Notes: generated by a model not told the origin, from the sequence alone. A DNA stretch of 64,000 bases from an uncultured Nibricoccus sp. (GCA_966249325.1 CBINDC010000006.1:107165-171164), one strand, 5' to 3'. Counted from the stretch's first letter, positions 29,436 through 40,346 are shown. Program-made: numbers and translations.

Positions 29436-30416
29436 TCAGGCGTGGGCGACGCCGTCTTCTTCGTAAACGCCGAGGTGGCGGTAGCGGTTGTAGCGGGAAT
29501 CGAGGAGCTTTTCCTCGTCGAGTTTGGTGAGCTCGTTGAGGTGTTTGATCAGCGCCTTTTTGAGGGCGGCAGCAGCTTCAGCGTGATCGTTGTGCGCACC
29601 TCCGAAGGGTTCGGGGACGACTTCGTCGACGACGCCGAGTTTTTCAAGGTGGTCGGCGTTGAGCTTGAGGGCCTCGGCGGCTTTTGGGGCGGCGGCGCGG
29701 TCTTTCCAGAGGATGGCGGCGCAGCCTTCGGGCGAGATGACGGAGTAGTAGCTGTTTTCGAAGATGAGCACGCGGTCGGTGACGCCGATGCCGAGGGCGC
29801 CGCCGGAGCCGCCTTCGCCGACGACGACGGCGATGGACGGGACTTTGAGCATCGCCATTTCGCGGAGATTAACGGCGATGGCTTCGGAGACGTGGCGGGC
29901 TTCGGACTCAATGCCGGGGAAGGCCCCGGGGGTGTCGATGAAGGTGATGACGGGCAGGCCGAATTTTTCGGCGAGTTTCATCAAGCGGAGGGCTTTGCGG
30001 TAGCCCTCGGGCTGGGGCATGCCGAAGTTGCGCTGGATGTTTTCCTTGGTGTCGCGGCCTTTTTGTTGGGCGACGATCATGACGGCGCGGCCTTGGAAGA
30101 AGGCGGTGCCGCCGATGAGAGCGCGGTCGTCATTGAACTGGCGGTCGCCGTGGAGCTCCTGAAAGTTTTCGCAGAGGGCGTTGACGTAATCGAGGGCGTA
30201 GGGGCGTTTTGGATGCCGGGCGAGCTGGACCTTCTGCCAGGGCGACAGATCCGAGTAGATCTCGCGGCGGGTGGACTCGATCTTGCGCTCGATGGAGGCG
30301 ATTTCCTTGGCCACATCGACGTTGTTTTCGAGCGACTGCTGGCGCAGCTGGTCGAGCTGGTTGCTGAGCTCGCGGAGCGGTTTTTCGAATTCCAACAGGT
30401 AGGCTGGTTTGTCCAT
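29436..30416 (-). CDS. accA: acetyl-CoA carboxylase carboxyltransferase subunit alpha
   Basis: Start MDKPAYLLEFEKP. Conserved AccA core (RHPKRPY, GRAVMIVAQQKG, FGMPQPEGYRKALR, TFIDTPGAFPG, GEGGSGGAL). Confidence 0.9.
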   Translation of the reverse strand: MDKPAYLLEFEKPLRELSNQLDQLRQQSLENNVDVAKEIASIERKIESTRREIYSDLSPWQKVQLARHPKRPYALDYVNALCENFQELHGDRQFNDDRALIGGTAFFQGRAVMIVAQQKGRDTKENIQRNFGMPQPEGYRKALRLMKLAEKFGLPVITFIDTPGAFPGIESEARHVSEAIAVNLREMAMLKVPSIAVVVGEGGSGGALGIGVTDRVLIFENSYYSVISPEGCAAILWKDRAAAPKAAEALKLNADHLEKLGVVDEVVPEPFGGAHNDHAEAAAALKKALIKHLNELTKLDEEKLLDSRYNRYRHLGVYEEDGVAHA

Positions 30417-30577
30417 TTGCGCGGACGCTAGGCGGTCGCGATGAACGCTGTCAACGGGCGGACCGACCACGGGTGAGCGGAGAAAATGCAGGTTAAGCGG
30501 AGCGAATCGGAAGATGGACATTGTAATGTGCACGCTGGCGCGTATCTGCGATGGTCGTCCGCGTTGGAGAACACCCC

Positions 30578-31174
30578 ATGACAACTCTGGCACTCATTGA
30601 TCAAATCACCCGCTGGTGGGACGCCCTCGATTTCGCCAAACAGATTTTCTACGGCATCGCGCTGACAGCAGGGCTGGTTTCGCTGATTCTGATGGTGATG
30701 GCGGTCTTCGGCATGGAGCACGATGACGCGGTCGATGCGCTCGCTTCCGGCGGAGACGTCGATCATGACGGCGGCGGGATTTTCTCGGTGAAGCCGTTGA
30801 CGGGATTTTTTCTCGGCTTCGGCTGGATCGGTGGATTTTCGGTGAGCCGCGGCGCGGAGGTCTGGCTCGCGGTCGTGCTCGGCTGCATGGCGGGTGGAGC
30901 GATGATGGCGTTGATCGTTTTCATGATTCGCGCGATCATGAACATTCGCAGCGACGGAACGGTGCGCATCGAAGATGCCGTCGGCGCAGTGGGCACGGTA
31001 TACATCACGCTGCCACCCGCGAAGGCGACCGGCGGCCAGGTGACGGTCTCGTTTCGCGGACGCCAAGAAACGTATGGCGCGCTGCAAGCGGGCGAGCAGG
31101 TGATCCCGAGTGGCGAGAAGGTAAAGGTCGTCAGCCTGGTCGATCCTCGCACCGTGCTCGTCGAACGGCTCTGA
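30578..31174 (+). CDS. NfeD-like membrane protein (stomatin/flotillin operon partner, C-terminal OB fold)
   Basis: Four TM helices and a C-terminal beta-rich segment. Immediately upstream of a flotillin gene, as for NfeD/YqiJ. Confidence 0.7.
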   Translation: MTTLALIDQITRWWDALDFAKQIFYGIALTAGLVSLILMVMAVFGMEHDDAVDALASGGDVDHDGGGIFSVKPLTGFFLGFGWIGGFSVSRGAEVWLAVVLGCMAGGAMMALIVFMIRAIMNIRSDGTVRIEDAVGAVGTVYITLPPAKATGGQVTVSFRGRQETYGALQAGEQVIPSGEKVKVVSLVDPRTVLVERL

Positions 31175-31247
31175 GCGAACGGCGCGCGAGGGCGGGCTTC
31201 GCGGGAGTTCGCGTTTATTTTTTCGTCCAACCCTTCAACTAACCCCT

Positions 31248-32753
31248 ATGGAAATCGTCGATATCATGCTGGCGGCGCTGGGCGTCGTCTTTATTCTCAT
31301 CATCGCGATGACGCTGATTGCGCGTTATCGCATGTGCCCGCCGGACAAGATCCTGGTGGTGTACGGAAAACTGGCGAACGGGCTCTCGTCGCGCTGCTAT
31401 CACGGCGGTTCGACGTTCGTGATGCCGTTTTTCCAGAGCTATGCGTATCTCGATCTCACGCCGATCAGCATCGATATCGAGCTGAAGGGCGCGCTCTCGA
31501 GTCAAAATATCCGCATTGATGCTCCGGCGTCGTTCACGATCGGCATCTCGACGGAGCCAGAGGTGATGCAGAACGCGGCGACGCGCCTGCTCGGCCGTTC
31601 GCTCGACGAAGTGCAGCAGCTCGCGTCGGAAATCATCATGGGCCAGATGCGCGTGGTGTTTGCCTCGATGAGCATCGAGGAAATCAACAACGACCGCGAA
31701 AAACTCATCGCGCTCATCACAAAAGGCGTCGAAGTCGAACTCCACAAAGTCGGTCTGCGGATGATCAACGGAAACATCCGCGACATCCGCGATCACTCGG
31801 GCTACATCGACGCGCTTGGCAAAGAGGCGGCGGCCAAGGCGATCAACGATGCGCAGATCCGCGTCGCGCAGGAGAATCAGCGCGGTGCGGTTGGTCGCGC
31901 CGAAGCCGAGCGCGAGCAGGCAATCCGCGTGGCGACGGCCGAGGCCGAGGCGCGTAAAGGTCAGAACACGGCGCAGGTGGTGATCGCGAAATCGAACGCG
32001 GATCTTGCGGCCGAACAGGCCGAGGCGAAACGCCGTACGGAAGCGGCGCAGAAGGTCGCCGAGGCGCGTGCGCTCCAGGAGTCGTACAAGGCGCAGCAGG
32101 AAGCCGAACTCGCGCGTGCGGCGCGCGAAAAAGCGCAGCAGCAGGCCGACCAGATTGTGAAGGCCGAGATCGACAAGGAGCGCATCCGCATCGATGCCGA
32201 AGCGAAGGCGGCGCAGACCAAGATCATTCAGGAAGGTCAGGCGGCGGCGTACGTCATTCAGAAAGATGCCGAGGCCGAAGGTGTTCGCCGCGTCGCGGAA
32301 GGTGAAGCGGCGGGTATTCGCGCGAAGCTCGGTGCCGAGGCGACGGGTATTCAGGCAAAACTGACGGCCGAGGCCGAAGGTACGCGCGCGCTGCTCGATG
32401 CGAAGGCGCAGGGTTTTGAAAAGCTTCTTCGCGTTGCCGACGACACGACCGGTGCGACGCAACTGCTCATCGCGGAGAACATCGTGCGCATCGCCGAAGT
32501 GCAGGCGGGCGCGATCAAGGGGCTCCAGTTCGAGAAAGTCATCGTCATGGGCGGTGGCGCGAACGGGCAGGGCAACGCAGGGCCGGGTCAGTTTGTCCAA
32601 GATCTCTACAAAGGTGTGCTGCCGATTCAGGAGCTAGCGAAGAGCGTGGGGCTGAATCTGCCGGCGTTCCTCGGGACGCCTGCGGCGGAAGCGGGAGCGG
32701 CAAGTGCGGCGGCTCCGGCCAAGCCGGCGGCGGAACCGAAGCAGGGAGCTTGA
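31248..32753 (+). CDS. flotillin-family SPFH/band-7 protein (FloT/YqiK-like)
   Basis: N-terminal TM, SPFH domain, and a long Ala/Glu/Lys/Gln-rich coiled-coil flotillin region. Confidence 0.85.
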   Translation: MEIVDIMLAALGVVFILIIAMTLIARYRMCPPDKILVVYGKLANGLSSRCYHGGSTFVMPFFQSYAYLDLTPISIDIELKGALSSQNIRIDAPASFTIGISTEPEVMQNAATRLLGRSLDEVQQLASEIIMGQMRVVFASMSIEEINNDREKLIALITKGVEVELHKVGLRMINGNIRDIRDHSGYIDALGKEAAAKAINDAQIRVAQENQRGAVGRAEAEREQAIRVATAEAEARKGQNTAQVVIAKSNADLAAEQAEAKRRTEAAQKVAEARALQESYKAQQEAELARAAREKAQQQADQIVKAEIDKERIRIDAEAKAAQTKIIQEGQAAAYVIQKDAEAEGVRRVAEGEAAGIRAKLGAEATGIQAKLTAEAEGTRALLDAKAQGFEKLLRVADDTTGATQLLIAENIVRIAEVQAGAIKGLQFEKVIVMGGGANGQGNAGPGQFVQDLYKGVLPIQELAKSVGLNLPAFLGTPAAEAGAASAAAPAKPAAEPKQGA

Positions 32754-32816
32754 GCGAACTGAAACGATGACGACCGCGCGCGTTGATACGTGCGCGGTTG
32801 TCGCGCTGAAAAGCCT

Positions 32817-33071
32817 ATGCGCATCGGCACTCTAGCGATTTCGGGAGCGATCATTTTGGCGGTCTGGCTGGTGAAGAGAAACACGGCGGGTTCGCGACGG
32901 ACGGAGGACAGGTCGGGGAATGACTCGGGCAGCGGGGCTCCGTGGTCGGACGGAGGCAGCCACTCATCGCGCAACTCTCGTTCTGACGATGACTCGTTTG
33001 GAAGCGGTGGCGGGGATGATGGTGGTTCTGGCGATGCGGGTGGTGGAGATGCAGGCGGCGGGGCAGATTAA
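32817..33071 (+). CDS. hypothetical small membrane protein: one TM helix plus a Gly/Ser/Asp-rich disordered tail
   Basis: ORF only (MRIGTLAISGAIILAVWLV then a DSGSG/GGGDDGGSGD low-complexity tail). May be non-coding. Confidence 0.3.
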   Translation: MRIGTLAISGAIILAVWLVKRNTAGSRRTEDRSGNDSGSGAPWSDGGSHSSRNSRSDDDSFGSGGGDDGGSGDAGGGDAGGGAD

Positions 33072-33080
33072 ATTTTCGAA

Positions 33081-34766
33081 TTGATGACCATGAAAACACA
33101 GGCGGCCGGAAATTTTTGGACACGCAGGAGGGCGTGGATGTCGGGCGTGTTGCTCGCACTGATGAGTGTTTCTCCGGGGCTCGCGCGGGATAAGTGGCTG
33201 CACGCGAAGACGGATCACTTCGAGGTATTCACCAATGCGCAGGAGTCGGATGCGAAGATATTGGTGGCGCGGCTGGAGCAGTTTCGTGACGCGTTTTTGC
33301 AGATCGTGCCGGGAAAATCGTTTCGCGAGCCGCGCACCACGGTCGTGATTTTTGACAGCGAGAAGGATTTCCGGCCGTACAAACCGCTCTACAAGGGGAA
33401 GCCCAAAGAGAATATAGCCGGAGTTTTTCAGGGGGCCCCTGACGAGGTGGTCATCGCGCTGACAACCGAACGCGATCTGGAGGTGACGATCCCGACGGTG
33501 TATCACGAGTACATCCACTTATTGATGCACGCGCGCGGTTTCCGGCTGCCGCCGTGGCTGGGAGAAGGCGTGGCAGAGCTCTATGAGACGATGGAGTTCG
33601 AGGACAACCGCGTGAAGATCGGGAAACACAACCCGATCCATGTGATGCAGCTCAACCGGACGGCGATGATGCCGCTGGCGAAGCTGTTCGCGATCACGCA
33701 TTCTTCGCCTGAATACAATGAGGGCGACCGCCGGAATATTTTTTACGCGCAGTCCTGGGCGTTGCTACACTATTGCCTGACGGCGAAACGCAAGGGCAAG
33801 GAGCTTGGCGAGGGATTCGATCAGCTCGTCACGCTGATGCAGCAGGGGTATCCACCGGACATGTGCGTGCAACAGGCCTACGGAATGTCGATTGGCGACT
33901 TGGAGGATGAACTCGGGAGTCATGTGCGCGGCGGGCGTTATCTGTTGAAGACCTATCAACTGCCCGAGGTGGATTTTAAGAGCCGGGTGAGTTTCCGGCC
34001 GGCGTCGGACTTCGAGCGGGATGTGGCGCTGGCTAATTTGAAGTGGCGGCTTCAGCGCAATGGCGACGCGACGTATCACGTCATGCAACTGGCGGAAAAG
34101 AATGCGGCGTCGCCGAGGCCGTTGGAAGTGCTGGCGGGGATCATGCGCGCGACGGGGGAGCGGAAGCGGGCGATCGATTATTGGACGGAGGCGGCGAAGC
34201 TGGGAACGACGAATCCGTATGTGTACGGCGAACTCGCGGAGGATTCGCTGCGACAATACCTGAGCGGCGCGAGTGCGGAGTTCAGGCTGTCGGAGGAGGT
34301 GAGCAAGGAGTTGCGGGGCTGGCTGGACCGGGCAGTGGTGCTGGAGCCAAATTATGCGGAGGCGTGGGACTGGCTCGCGATCACAGAGGCGTACGCGGCG
34401 AAGCCGAGGGTGGCGGTGGTGAACCAGCTTTCGAAGCAGCGGGAGAAGTTTGGCAACCGGCCGCGGTTGATGGCGGGCGTGGCGGTGATCGCTTTGCGGA
34501 TCAACAAGCCGGAGCTGGCGGAGCAGATCGCCGATGCGTTGCTGGCGATGCCGTCGGTCACGCGGCGGCCCTCCGGTCGGGGCCAGCTGGATGCGGCGGC
34601 GAGCCAGATGATGGGCGGGAGGTCGGGTTCATGGACGCAACGGCCGGAGTATTATCCGGATGTCGCAGCGATCGCCCGGTCGGTGAAGCGGGAGCTGGCA
34701 AAAGCACTGGGGGAGGAGGAGACGGTACGGACGCGCGATCGCATGGTTATCGAGTTTTTAGAGTGA
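33081..34766 (+). CDS. secreted HExxH-motif protein (DUF1570-like putative zinc peptidase) with C-terminal helical/TPR-like region
   Basis: Signal peptide, VYHEYIHLLMH (HExxH) followed by an Arg-rich segment, and a C-terminal helical repeat region. Confidence 0.6.
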   Translation: MMTMKTQAAGNFWTRRRAWMSGVLLALMSVSPGLARDKWLHAKTDHFEVFTNAQESDAKILVARLEQFRDAFLQIVPGKSFREPRTTVVIFDSEKDFRPYKPLYKGKPKENIAGVFQGAPDEVVIALTTERDLEVTIPTVYHEYIHLLMHARGFRLPPWLGEGVAELYETMEFEDNRVKIGKHNPIHVMQLNRTAMMPLAKLFAITHSSPEYNEGDRRNIFYAQSWALLHYCLTAKRKGKELGEGFDQLVTLMQQGYPPDMCVQQAYGMSIGDLEDELGSHVRGGRYLLKTYQLPEVDFKSRVSFRPASDFERDVALANLKWRLQRNGDATYHVMQLAEKNAASPRPLEVLAGIMRATGERKRAIDYWTEAAKLGTTNPYVYGELAEDSLRQYLSGASAEFRLSEEVSKELRGWLDRAVVLEPNYAEAWDWLAITEAYAAKPRVAVVNQLSKQREKFGNRPRLMAGVAVIALRINKPELAEQIADALLAMPSVTRRPSGRGQLDAAASQMMGGRSGSWTQRPEYYPDVAAIARSVKRELAKALGEEETVRTRDRMVIEFLE

Positions 34767-34782
34767 GTTTGCTGCGCGGCTT

Positions 34783-34820
34783 CTGAAAATAAAAGACCCG
34801 CGACCGTGAGTGGTCGCGGG
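34783..34820 (-). terminator. rho-independent terminator (minus strand) after the cyclophilin gene; the hairpin is shared with the converging plus-strand gene
   Basis: gaaaataaaag-acccgcgaccgtgagtggtcgcgggt. Confidence 0.4.
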
Positions 34821-34846
34821 TTAAGAACGGAGAAGTCGTGGCGCGC

Positions 34847-35361
34847 TCAATTCGCGGGAACGAGTGTGACGCTTTCGATGGCGACGCGGTCGATGGGTGT
34901 GCTCTTTTCGCTGCCGCTGGTGGGGACGGTGGCGATGCGTTCGAGGACGTCGTCGCCGGCCACGAGCTGGCCGAAGGCGGTGTATTGCTTGTCGAGGAAG
35001 CGGGCGTCGCCGTGGCAGATAAAGAACTGGCTGCCGGCGGAGTCGGGATGGGCGGAGCGGGCCATGGAGAGGACTCCGCGGACGTGAGGCTTGGCGTTGA
35101 ACTCAGCTTTGATCTGGTAGCCTGGGCCGCCGGTGCCGGGCATGCCGGACTGGCCTTCTTTGGTATTGGGGCAGCCGCCCTGGATCATGAAGCCTTTGAT
35201 GATGCGGTGAAAGGCGGTGCCGTTGTAGAAGCCTTCGCGGGCGAGTTTCTTGAAATTTTCGACAGTCTTCGGCGCGACGTCGGGCCAGAAGGCGATGGTG
35301 ATGTCGCCGTAGGAGGTTTTGAGGACGGCGTTTTCGGCGGTGGCGGGTGCTTTTGTGCTCA
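34847..35361 (-). CDS. ppiB: cyclophilin-type peptidyl-prolyl cis-trans isomerase
   Basis: FHRIIKGFMIQGG, the GTGGPGY loop and SQFFI motifs. Start chosen at MSTKAPA (171 aa). Confidence 0.9.
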
Positions 35362-35852
35362 TGGAAAAGGGCGAGCAAAGCGGGCGGTAAGGAACGCGGG
35401 CAAGAACCAATTTTCCCGGTAGCGCGTGTCGGGAAATATTCACGGAATGGGTGGACGTCGGACGTGGATGCACGGGTTGTTCATGCCGTTCCGCAACCTT
35501 GGCGGGCTCATCGCTTTCATTTGCCGATGGCGTAGCTTGGGGGCGGGTTGCGGATGTGCATACGCGACATCGTTCACTGTCTGGGTGGAATGAATCATCG
35601 ATGGCGATCGCGCGCACGGGATCGATCCCACGAGAGTTCGAAGGATGGCGCGGGATAGCGATGCCGGTCGAATTCAAGGCTGCGGGGAGTGGGTGTATCG
35701 ATCTGCTGATGACATGCCAGCGGATTGGATGGATGCAGGCGAAACGGCAATGAATAGAGCAGCGCCCATTGCTTTCGGAAGATCCCGGGTGTTTTCGGCC
35801 ACATGGTTTCCTGAGTCGCCTCGATTCATGTCAGCCGGCAAGAAGTTGCCGC

Positions 35853-37130
35853 ATGAAATCATCAGCAGCTAAAAACCGCATCGCTTACTCCTTGCTCGGC
35901 GATCGTGCTCAACCCCCGACGATCGCGAGGCTGATGGCGATGGCGCTGGAGACGCCGAACCTGCTTTCGCTGGCAGCTGGCTTCACCGACAACGCGACGC
36001 TGCCGGTGGATTTCGTGCGCGCAGCGACGGAGGCGATGCTGAGCAATCCGGGCGATCGCGAGTTTCTCCAGTACGGGACAAATCAGGGACGGCCAAGGTT
36101 GCGGCAACAGCTCGCAGAGCGGCTTGGGAAGACTGAGCGCGGGCTTGACGCGGCAGAGCTTCAGCGCGGTGTGTTCATCACGAATGGCTCGCAGCAGGCG
36201 CTGTATCTCGCGATGCAGGTGCTTGGAGAACCGGGGGATATCGTCCTCGTAGACCGGCCGAGTTATTTTGTGTTTCTGGAGATGCTCACTGGTCTCGGCT
36301 TGCGTGCGGTTTCGCTGCCGGTGGATGCGAAGGGGGCGATTGATGCGCCTGCACTGGGAGCGTTGCTCGATGAGATCGCGGCGCGTGGGGAGGCGGAGAG
36401 GATCAAAGCGGTTTATTTCGTCAGCTATTTTTCGAATCCGTCGGCGCGCAGTCTCGATGAGGCGGAGAAGAATGCAATTGCCGGAGAGCTGGGCGCGCGC
36501 GGTCTGTTTGTTCCGGTCGTCGAAGATGCGGCGTACCGGGAACTCTACTACCGCGAAGCACCAACTGCCCCCAGTGTGCTTAGTCTGCCCGCGTGGGAAA
36601 ATTTCCCGAAGCTTTACACGGCGACGTTAACGAAGCCGTTCGCGACGGGATTGAAGATTGGCTACGGACTTTGCACCGACGATGCGTGGCTCAAAAAGAT
36701 GCTGCATGTGAAGGGACACCACGATTTCGGGAGCGCGAATTTTAATCAGGCGATTCTTGAGCACGCGCTGGCGACGGGGAATTACGACGGCGAGCTGGCG
36801 CGCATCCGGCCAGCGTACGAGAGGAAGATGCGTGCGTTGCATGATTCGCTTATTCGTGAAGGGCTGCCGGAGGCCGGGTGGAAATGGGCGGAGCCGGCGG
36901 GGGGACTTTATCTTTGGTTGGAAGCGCCAGTGGCGCTCGATACCGGGCTGGATTCGGCGTTTTGTCGCGCTTGTCTCGATGCGGGCGTGCTCTACGTGCC
37001 GGGAGAGCTTTGTTTTGGCGATCGACCGGCAAAGAATTTTGCGAGGCTGAGCTTTGGCGTGCTTGGAGAACGCGATCTGGCCGAGGCGGCGCGGCGGTTT
37101 GCGACAGTTGCGAAACGTTTTTCGCGATGA
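35853..37130 (+). CDS. PLP-dependent aminotransferase (class I/II fold)
   Basis: Aminotransferase fold-type I pattern (SLAAGFTD...P, GxxQAL, SFSKxF-like LTKPFATGLKIGY with the Lys). Preceded by about 490 bp of unassigned divergent intergenic sequence. Confidence 0.7.
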   Translation: MKSSAAKNRIAYSLLGDRAQPPTIARLMAMALETPNLLSLAAGFTDNATLPVDFVRAATEAMLSNPGDREFLQYGTNQGRPRLRQQLAERLGKTERGLDAAELQRGVFITNGSQQALYLAMQVLGEPGDIVLVDRPSYFVFLEMLTGLGLRAVSLPVDAKGAIDAPALGALLDEIAARGEAERIKAVYFVSYFSNPSARSLDEAEKNAIAGELGARGLFVPVVEDAAYRELYYREAPTAPSVLSLPAWENFPKLYTATLTKPFATGLKIGYGLCTDDAWLKKMLHVKGHHDFGSANFNQAILEHALATGNYDGELARIRPAYERKMRALHDSLIREGLPEAGWKWAEPAGGLYLWLEAPVALDTGLDSAFCRACLDAGVLYVPGELCFGDRPAKNFARLSFGVLGERDLAEAARRFATVAKRFSR

Positions 37131-37232
37131 ATACGACTCATTGGGGTTCAGGTCATCCCTGAGCGGCGCTTACGGGAAAATCCAACTTGGATTCGAGCAA
37201 CAGCTCGGCCAGCGTCTGCGCACCTTAATCAT

Positions 37233-38591
37233 ATGAAAATCTGCTGTATTGGCGCTGGTTACGTAGGTGGACCGACCATGGCGATGATCGCCCTGAAGGC
37301 TCCGAGTATTCAAGTGACGGTCGTGGACATGAATGTCGCCCGTATCGCGGCTTGGAATTCGGATACGCTCCCGATTTACGAACCCGGTCTGGACGAAGTC
37401 GTGAAGCAGCGCCGCGGTAAGAATCTGTTTTTTTCCACGGATGTGGTCGGAAACATCCAGTCGGCGGACATCATTTTCGTCGCTGTTAACACGCCGACCA
37501 AAACGTATGGCGTGGGCGCGGGACGTGCGGCTGATCTGCGCTATATCGAGTCAGTCGCGCGCACGATTGCCGAGGTCGCGACGGGGCCGAAGATCATTGT
37601 CGAGAAATCGACGATTCCGGTGAAGACGGCGGAAGCGATTAAACAGATTCTGGCGGCAAACTCGAAGGGCATCAAATTCTCGGTGCTTTCGAATCCTGAG
37701 TTCCTGGCCGAAGGAACGGCGGTCGCGGATCTGATCAGCCCGGATCGCGTTTTGATCGGCGGCGAACGTACGCCCGAGGGCGAAGTGGCGCTCAAGACGC
37801 TGGTCGATGTGTATGCGAACTGGGTGCCGCGCGAGCGTATTATCACGACGAATCTGTGGTCGTCGGAGCTGTCGAAGCTCGTGGCGAACGCGTTCCTTGC
37901 GCAGCGCATCTCGTCGATCAACTCGATCTCGGCGCTTTGCGAGGCGACTGGCGCCGATGTTGATGAAGTGGCGAACGCGATCGGCAAAGACAGCCGTATC
38001 GGGCCGAAGTTTTTGAAGTCGTCCGTCGGTTTCGGCGGTTCGTGTTTTCAGAAGGACATTCTGAACCTCGTCTATCTCTGCCAGCACTTCGGGTTGCCGG
38101 AGGTGGCGGCTTATTGGGAGTCGGTCGTTTCGATGAACGACTATCAGAAGAAGCGCTTTGCCTCGAAGATCGTGCGCACGCTTTTCAACACGGTGGCGGA
38201 CAAAAAAATCGCAGTGCTGGGTTTTGCGTTTAAGAAAGACACGAATGACACGCGCGAGTCGGCGGCGATAAATGTGTGCCGCGATTTGCTCTCCGAGCAT
38301 GCGAATGTCGTGGTTTACGATCCGAAGGTGCCGGCGCACGAAATCGTCAGCGACACGCTCGGCAAAGGCGTGACGAATGCGCGGCTCACCGTTGCGACGA
38401 GTGCATACGAGGCGTGCAAAGGCGCGCACGCAATCGCGGTGGTGACGGAGTGGGACGAGTTCAAGACGCTCGATTTTGCGAAGATCTATGGAGACATGCC
38501 GAAGCCGGCGTTCGTGTTCGATGGGCGAAATATCCTCGATCTGGCGAAGCTGACCGCGATCGGGTTCCGCGCTTACGGTATCGGGAAGTGA
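37233..38591 (+). CDS. ugd: UDP-glucose 6-dehydrogenase
   Basis: N-terminal Rossmann motif [15 protein letters not shown], catalytic [10 protein letters not shown], and C-terminal GxAFKxxTxDxRES. Confidence 0.9.
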   Translation: MKICCIGAGYVGGPTMAMIALKAPSIQVTVVDMNVARIAAWNSDTLPIYEPGLDEVVKQRRGKNLFFSTDVVGNIQSADIIFVAVNTPTKTYGVGAGRAADLRYIESVARTIAEVATGPKIIVEKSTIPVKTAEAIKQILAANSKGIKFSVLSNPEFLAEGTAVADLISPDRVLIGGERTPEGEVALKTLVDVYANWVPRERIITTNLWSSELSKLVANAFLAQRISSINSISALCEATGADVDEVANAIGKDSRIGPKFLKSSVGFGGSCFQKDILNLVYLCQHFGLPEVAAYWESVVSMNDYQKKRFASKIVRTLFNTVADKKIAVLGFAFKKDTNDTRESAAINVCRDLLSEHANVVVYDPKVPAHEIVSDTLGKGVTNARLTVATSAYEACKGAHAIAVVTEWDEFKTLDFAKIYGDMPKPAFVFDGRNILDLAKLTAIGFRAYGIGK

Positions 38592-38618
38592 GGTGCGCGA
38601 GTTCGCCGAAGATAGGAG

Positions 38619-38641
38619 CGGCACTTGCCAAGTGCCGTTCC
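38619..38641 (+). terminator. weak hairpin terminator after ugd
   Basis: cggcacttgccaagtgccg followed by ttcc. Confidence 0.35.
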
Positions 38642-38656
38642 GGCGGATTTGCGCAC

Positions 38657-38688
38657 GAAAAAGCCCGGCTCGCGGAAGCGGGCCGGGC
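38657..38688 (-). terminator. rho-independent terminator (minus strand) after the PfkB kinase gene
   Basis: Hairpin gcccggctcgcggaagcgggccgggc with A-run on the plus strand. Confidence 0.5.
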
Positions 38689-38755
38689 TTGGAGAAAGAT
38701 TAAGAGAAAGAGGAAAGAGAAAGATTATTTCGTCTTCCTTCCCTGGTCTTGTGGA

Positions 38756-39860
38756 TCAGCGGACCACGCGGGCGCCGCCGCCGGAGATCTGCTTTTCGAC
38801 TTCCTTGCGGGTGGCCATCGAGGTGTCGCCAGGAGTGGTCGAGGCGAGCGCGCCGTGGGCGGCACCGTACTCGACGGCTTTCTGGGCGTCGTTGAATTCC
38901 ATGAAGCCGAACTGCACGCCGGAGGCGAAGCTGTCGCCGCCGCCGACGCGGTCGAGGATCTCGAGGCCGGGATACTGGCGGCTTTCGAAGAACTTGCCGT
39001 CGTGCCAGAGGATCGCGGACCAGTCGTTCTTGGTGGCGGTGTGGACGTGGCGGAGGGTGGTGGCGGCGACCTTGAAGTTCGGGAATTCCTTCACGGCGGT
39101 CTCGATCATGTTCTTGAAGGCATCGAGCTCGATGGCTCCCTTGTTGTTGGCGTGATCGACGCCTTTGACTTCGAAGCCGAGGGAAGCGGTGAAGTCTTCC
39201 TCGTTGCCGATCATGACGTCGACGTACTTGGCGATCTCGCGGTTAACTTCCTGCGCTTTCTTAAGGCCGCCGATGGTCTTCCAGAGGGAGGGGCGGTAGT
39301 TGAGATCGTAGGACACGATGGTGCCGTACTTGTTGGCGGCCTTGACTGCTTCGACGGTGATCTCGGCGGTCGAGGCGGAGAGGGCGGCGAAGATGCCGCC
39401 GGTGTGGAACCAGCGGACGCCGAGTTTGCCGAAGATGTGGTCCCAATCGATGTCGCCTGGCTTGAGCTGGGAGGCGGCGGTGTTGCCACGGTCGGGGTTG
39501 CCGACGGCGCCGCGGATGCCGAAGCCGCGTTCGGTGAAGTTGAGGCCGTTGCGGACGGTGCGGCCGATGCCGTCGTCTTCGCGCCATTTGATGAAGTCGG
39601 TGGCGACTCCGCCCTGCATGATGAAATCTTCGATGAGGTGGCCGACCTCGTTATCGACGAAAGCCGTCACGACGGCGGTTTTGTAGCCGAAGCATTTGCG
39701 GAGGCCGCGGGAGGTGTTGTATTCGCCGCCGCCCTCCCAAGCTTTGAATTCGCGGGCGGTGCGGATGCGGCCCTCGCCGGGATCGAGGCGGAGCATGACT
39801 TCGCCCAGGGAAAGCTGGTCGAACGTGACTTCTTTGGAGGATTTGATCTTGAGGCTCATG
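38756..39860 (-). CDS. PfkB-family sugar kinase (2-keto-3-deoxygluconate kinase-like)
   Basis: PfkB signatures GGxxxN (N-terminal) and the C-terminal DRVGGGDSFASG ATP-binding motif. Confidence 0.75.
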
Positions 39861-39953
39861 GTTGGGTGAGAGGGAAAAGAGCGGAGATCGAAAAGGTATT
39901 TTCGCCCAATGGTCAAACCTTGTGGCCACGTGTCCGCGAAAGTTGGGGCAGGG

Positions 39954-40340
39954 CTATCCGGCGCGGACGTTGATTTCCCGGACGTGGTTACAGCCGGGTA
40001 GTTTGCGGATCTTTTCGGAGATCAGTTTCCGGTGGTGAAAGAGTTCGTTGCGGACGACGGCGTGGGAGGCGAGGACGGAAAGGCGGCCGCGCGGATCGAT
40101 GGTGGCGGCGTGGGAATATTGGGCGTTGGCGGGGCCGACGATCTGGGGCCAATGGTCGCGGATGGTCTGCTCGGGGGACTCGCGGCCAATCTGGTGTTTG
40201 ACGAGGAGGTCTTCGACGAGGCCGGCGAGATCTTTGGTCGGCCGCTTCTTCATGCGGTCGGGCGTTTCGTCGGGGATGCGACGGAGATCGGCGATGAGCT
40301 TTTCGGCCTCGCGGCTGAATTTGTGCGGTTCGTCGGCCAT
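39954..40340 (-). CDS. DUF721-family protein (DciA-like)
   Basis: W-x-x-IVG...A.H..P..L..G.L.V....A.W..EL......I...I pattern recalled for DUF721. Confidence 0.45.
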   Translation of the reverse strand: MADEPHKFSREAEKLIADLRRIPDETPDRMKKRPTKDLAGLVEDLLVKHQIGRESPEQTIRDHWPQIVGPANAQYSHAATIDPRGRLSVLASHAVVRNELFHHRKLISEKIRKLPGCNHVREINVRAG

Positions 40341-40346
40341 GGCTGA

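Noticed and set aside
35362-35852. 490-bp divergent intergenic region upstream of the aminotransferase, examined for a riboswitch
   Set aside because: I could not recognise any known riboswitch consensus (SAM, TPP, cobalamin, glycine, T-box) by eye. It contains only a short palindrome (gggatcgatccc, 35617-35628). Left unannotated.
38276-39973. 565-aa plus-strand ORF spanning the ugd 3' end and the PfkB kinase region
   Set aside because: Arg/Gly-rich low-complexity translation. It overlaps two well-supported genes and their terminators.
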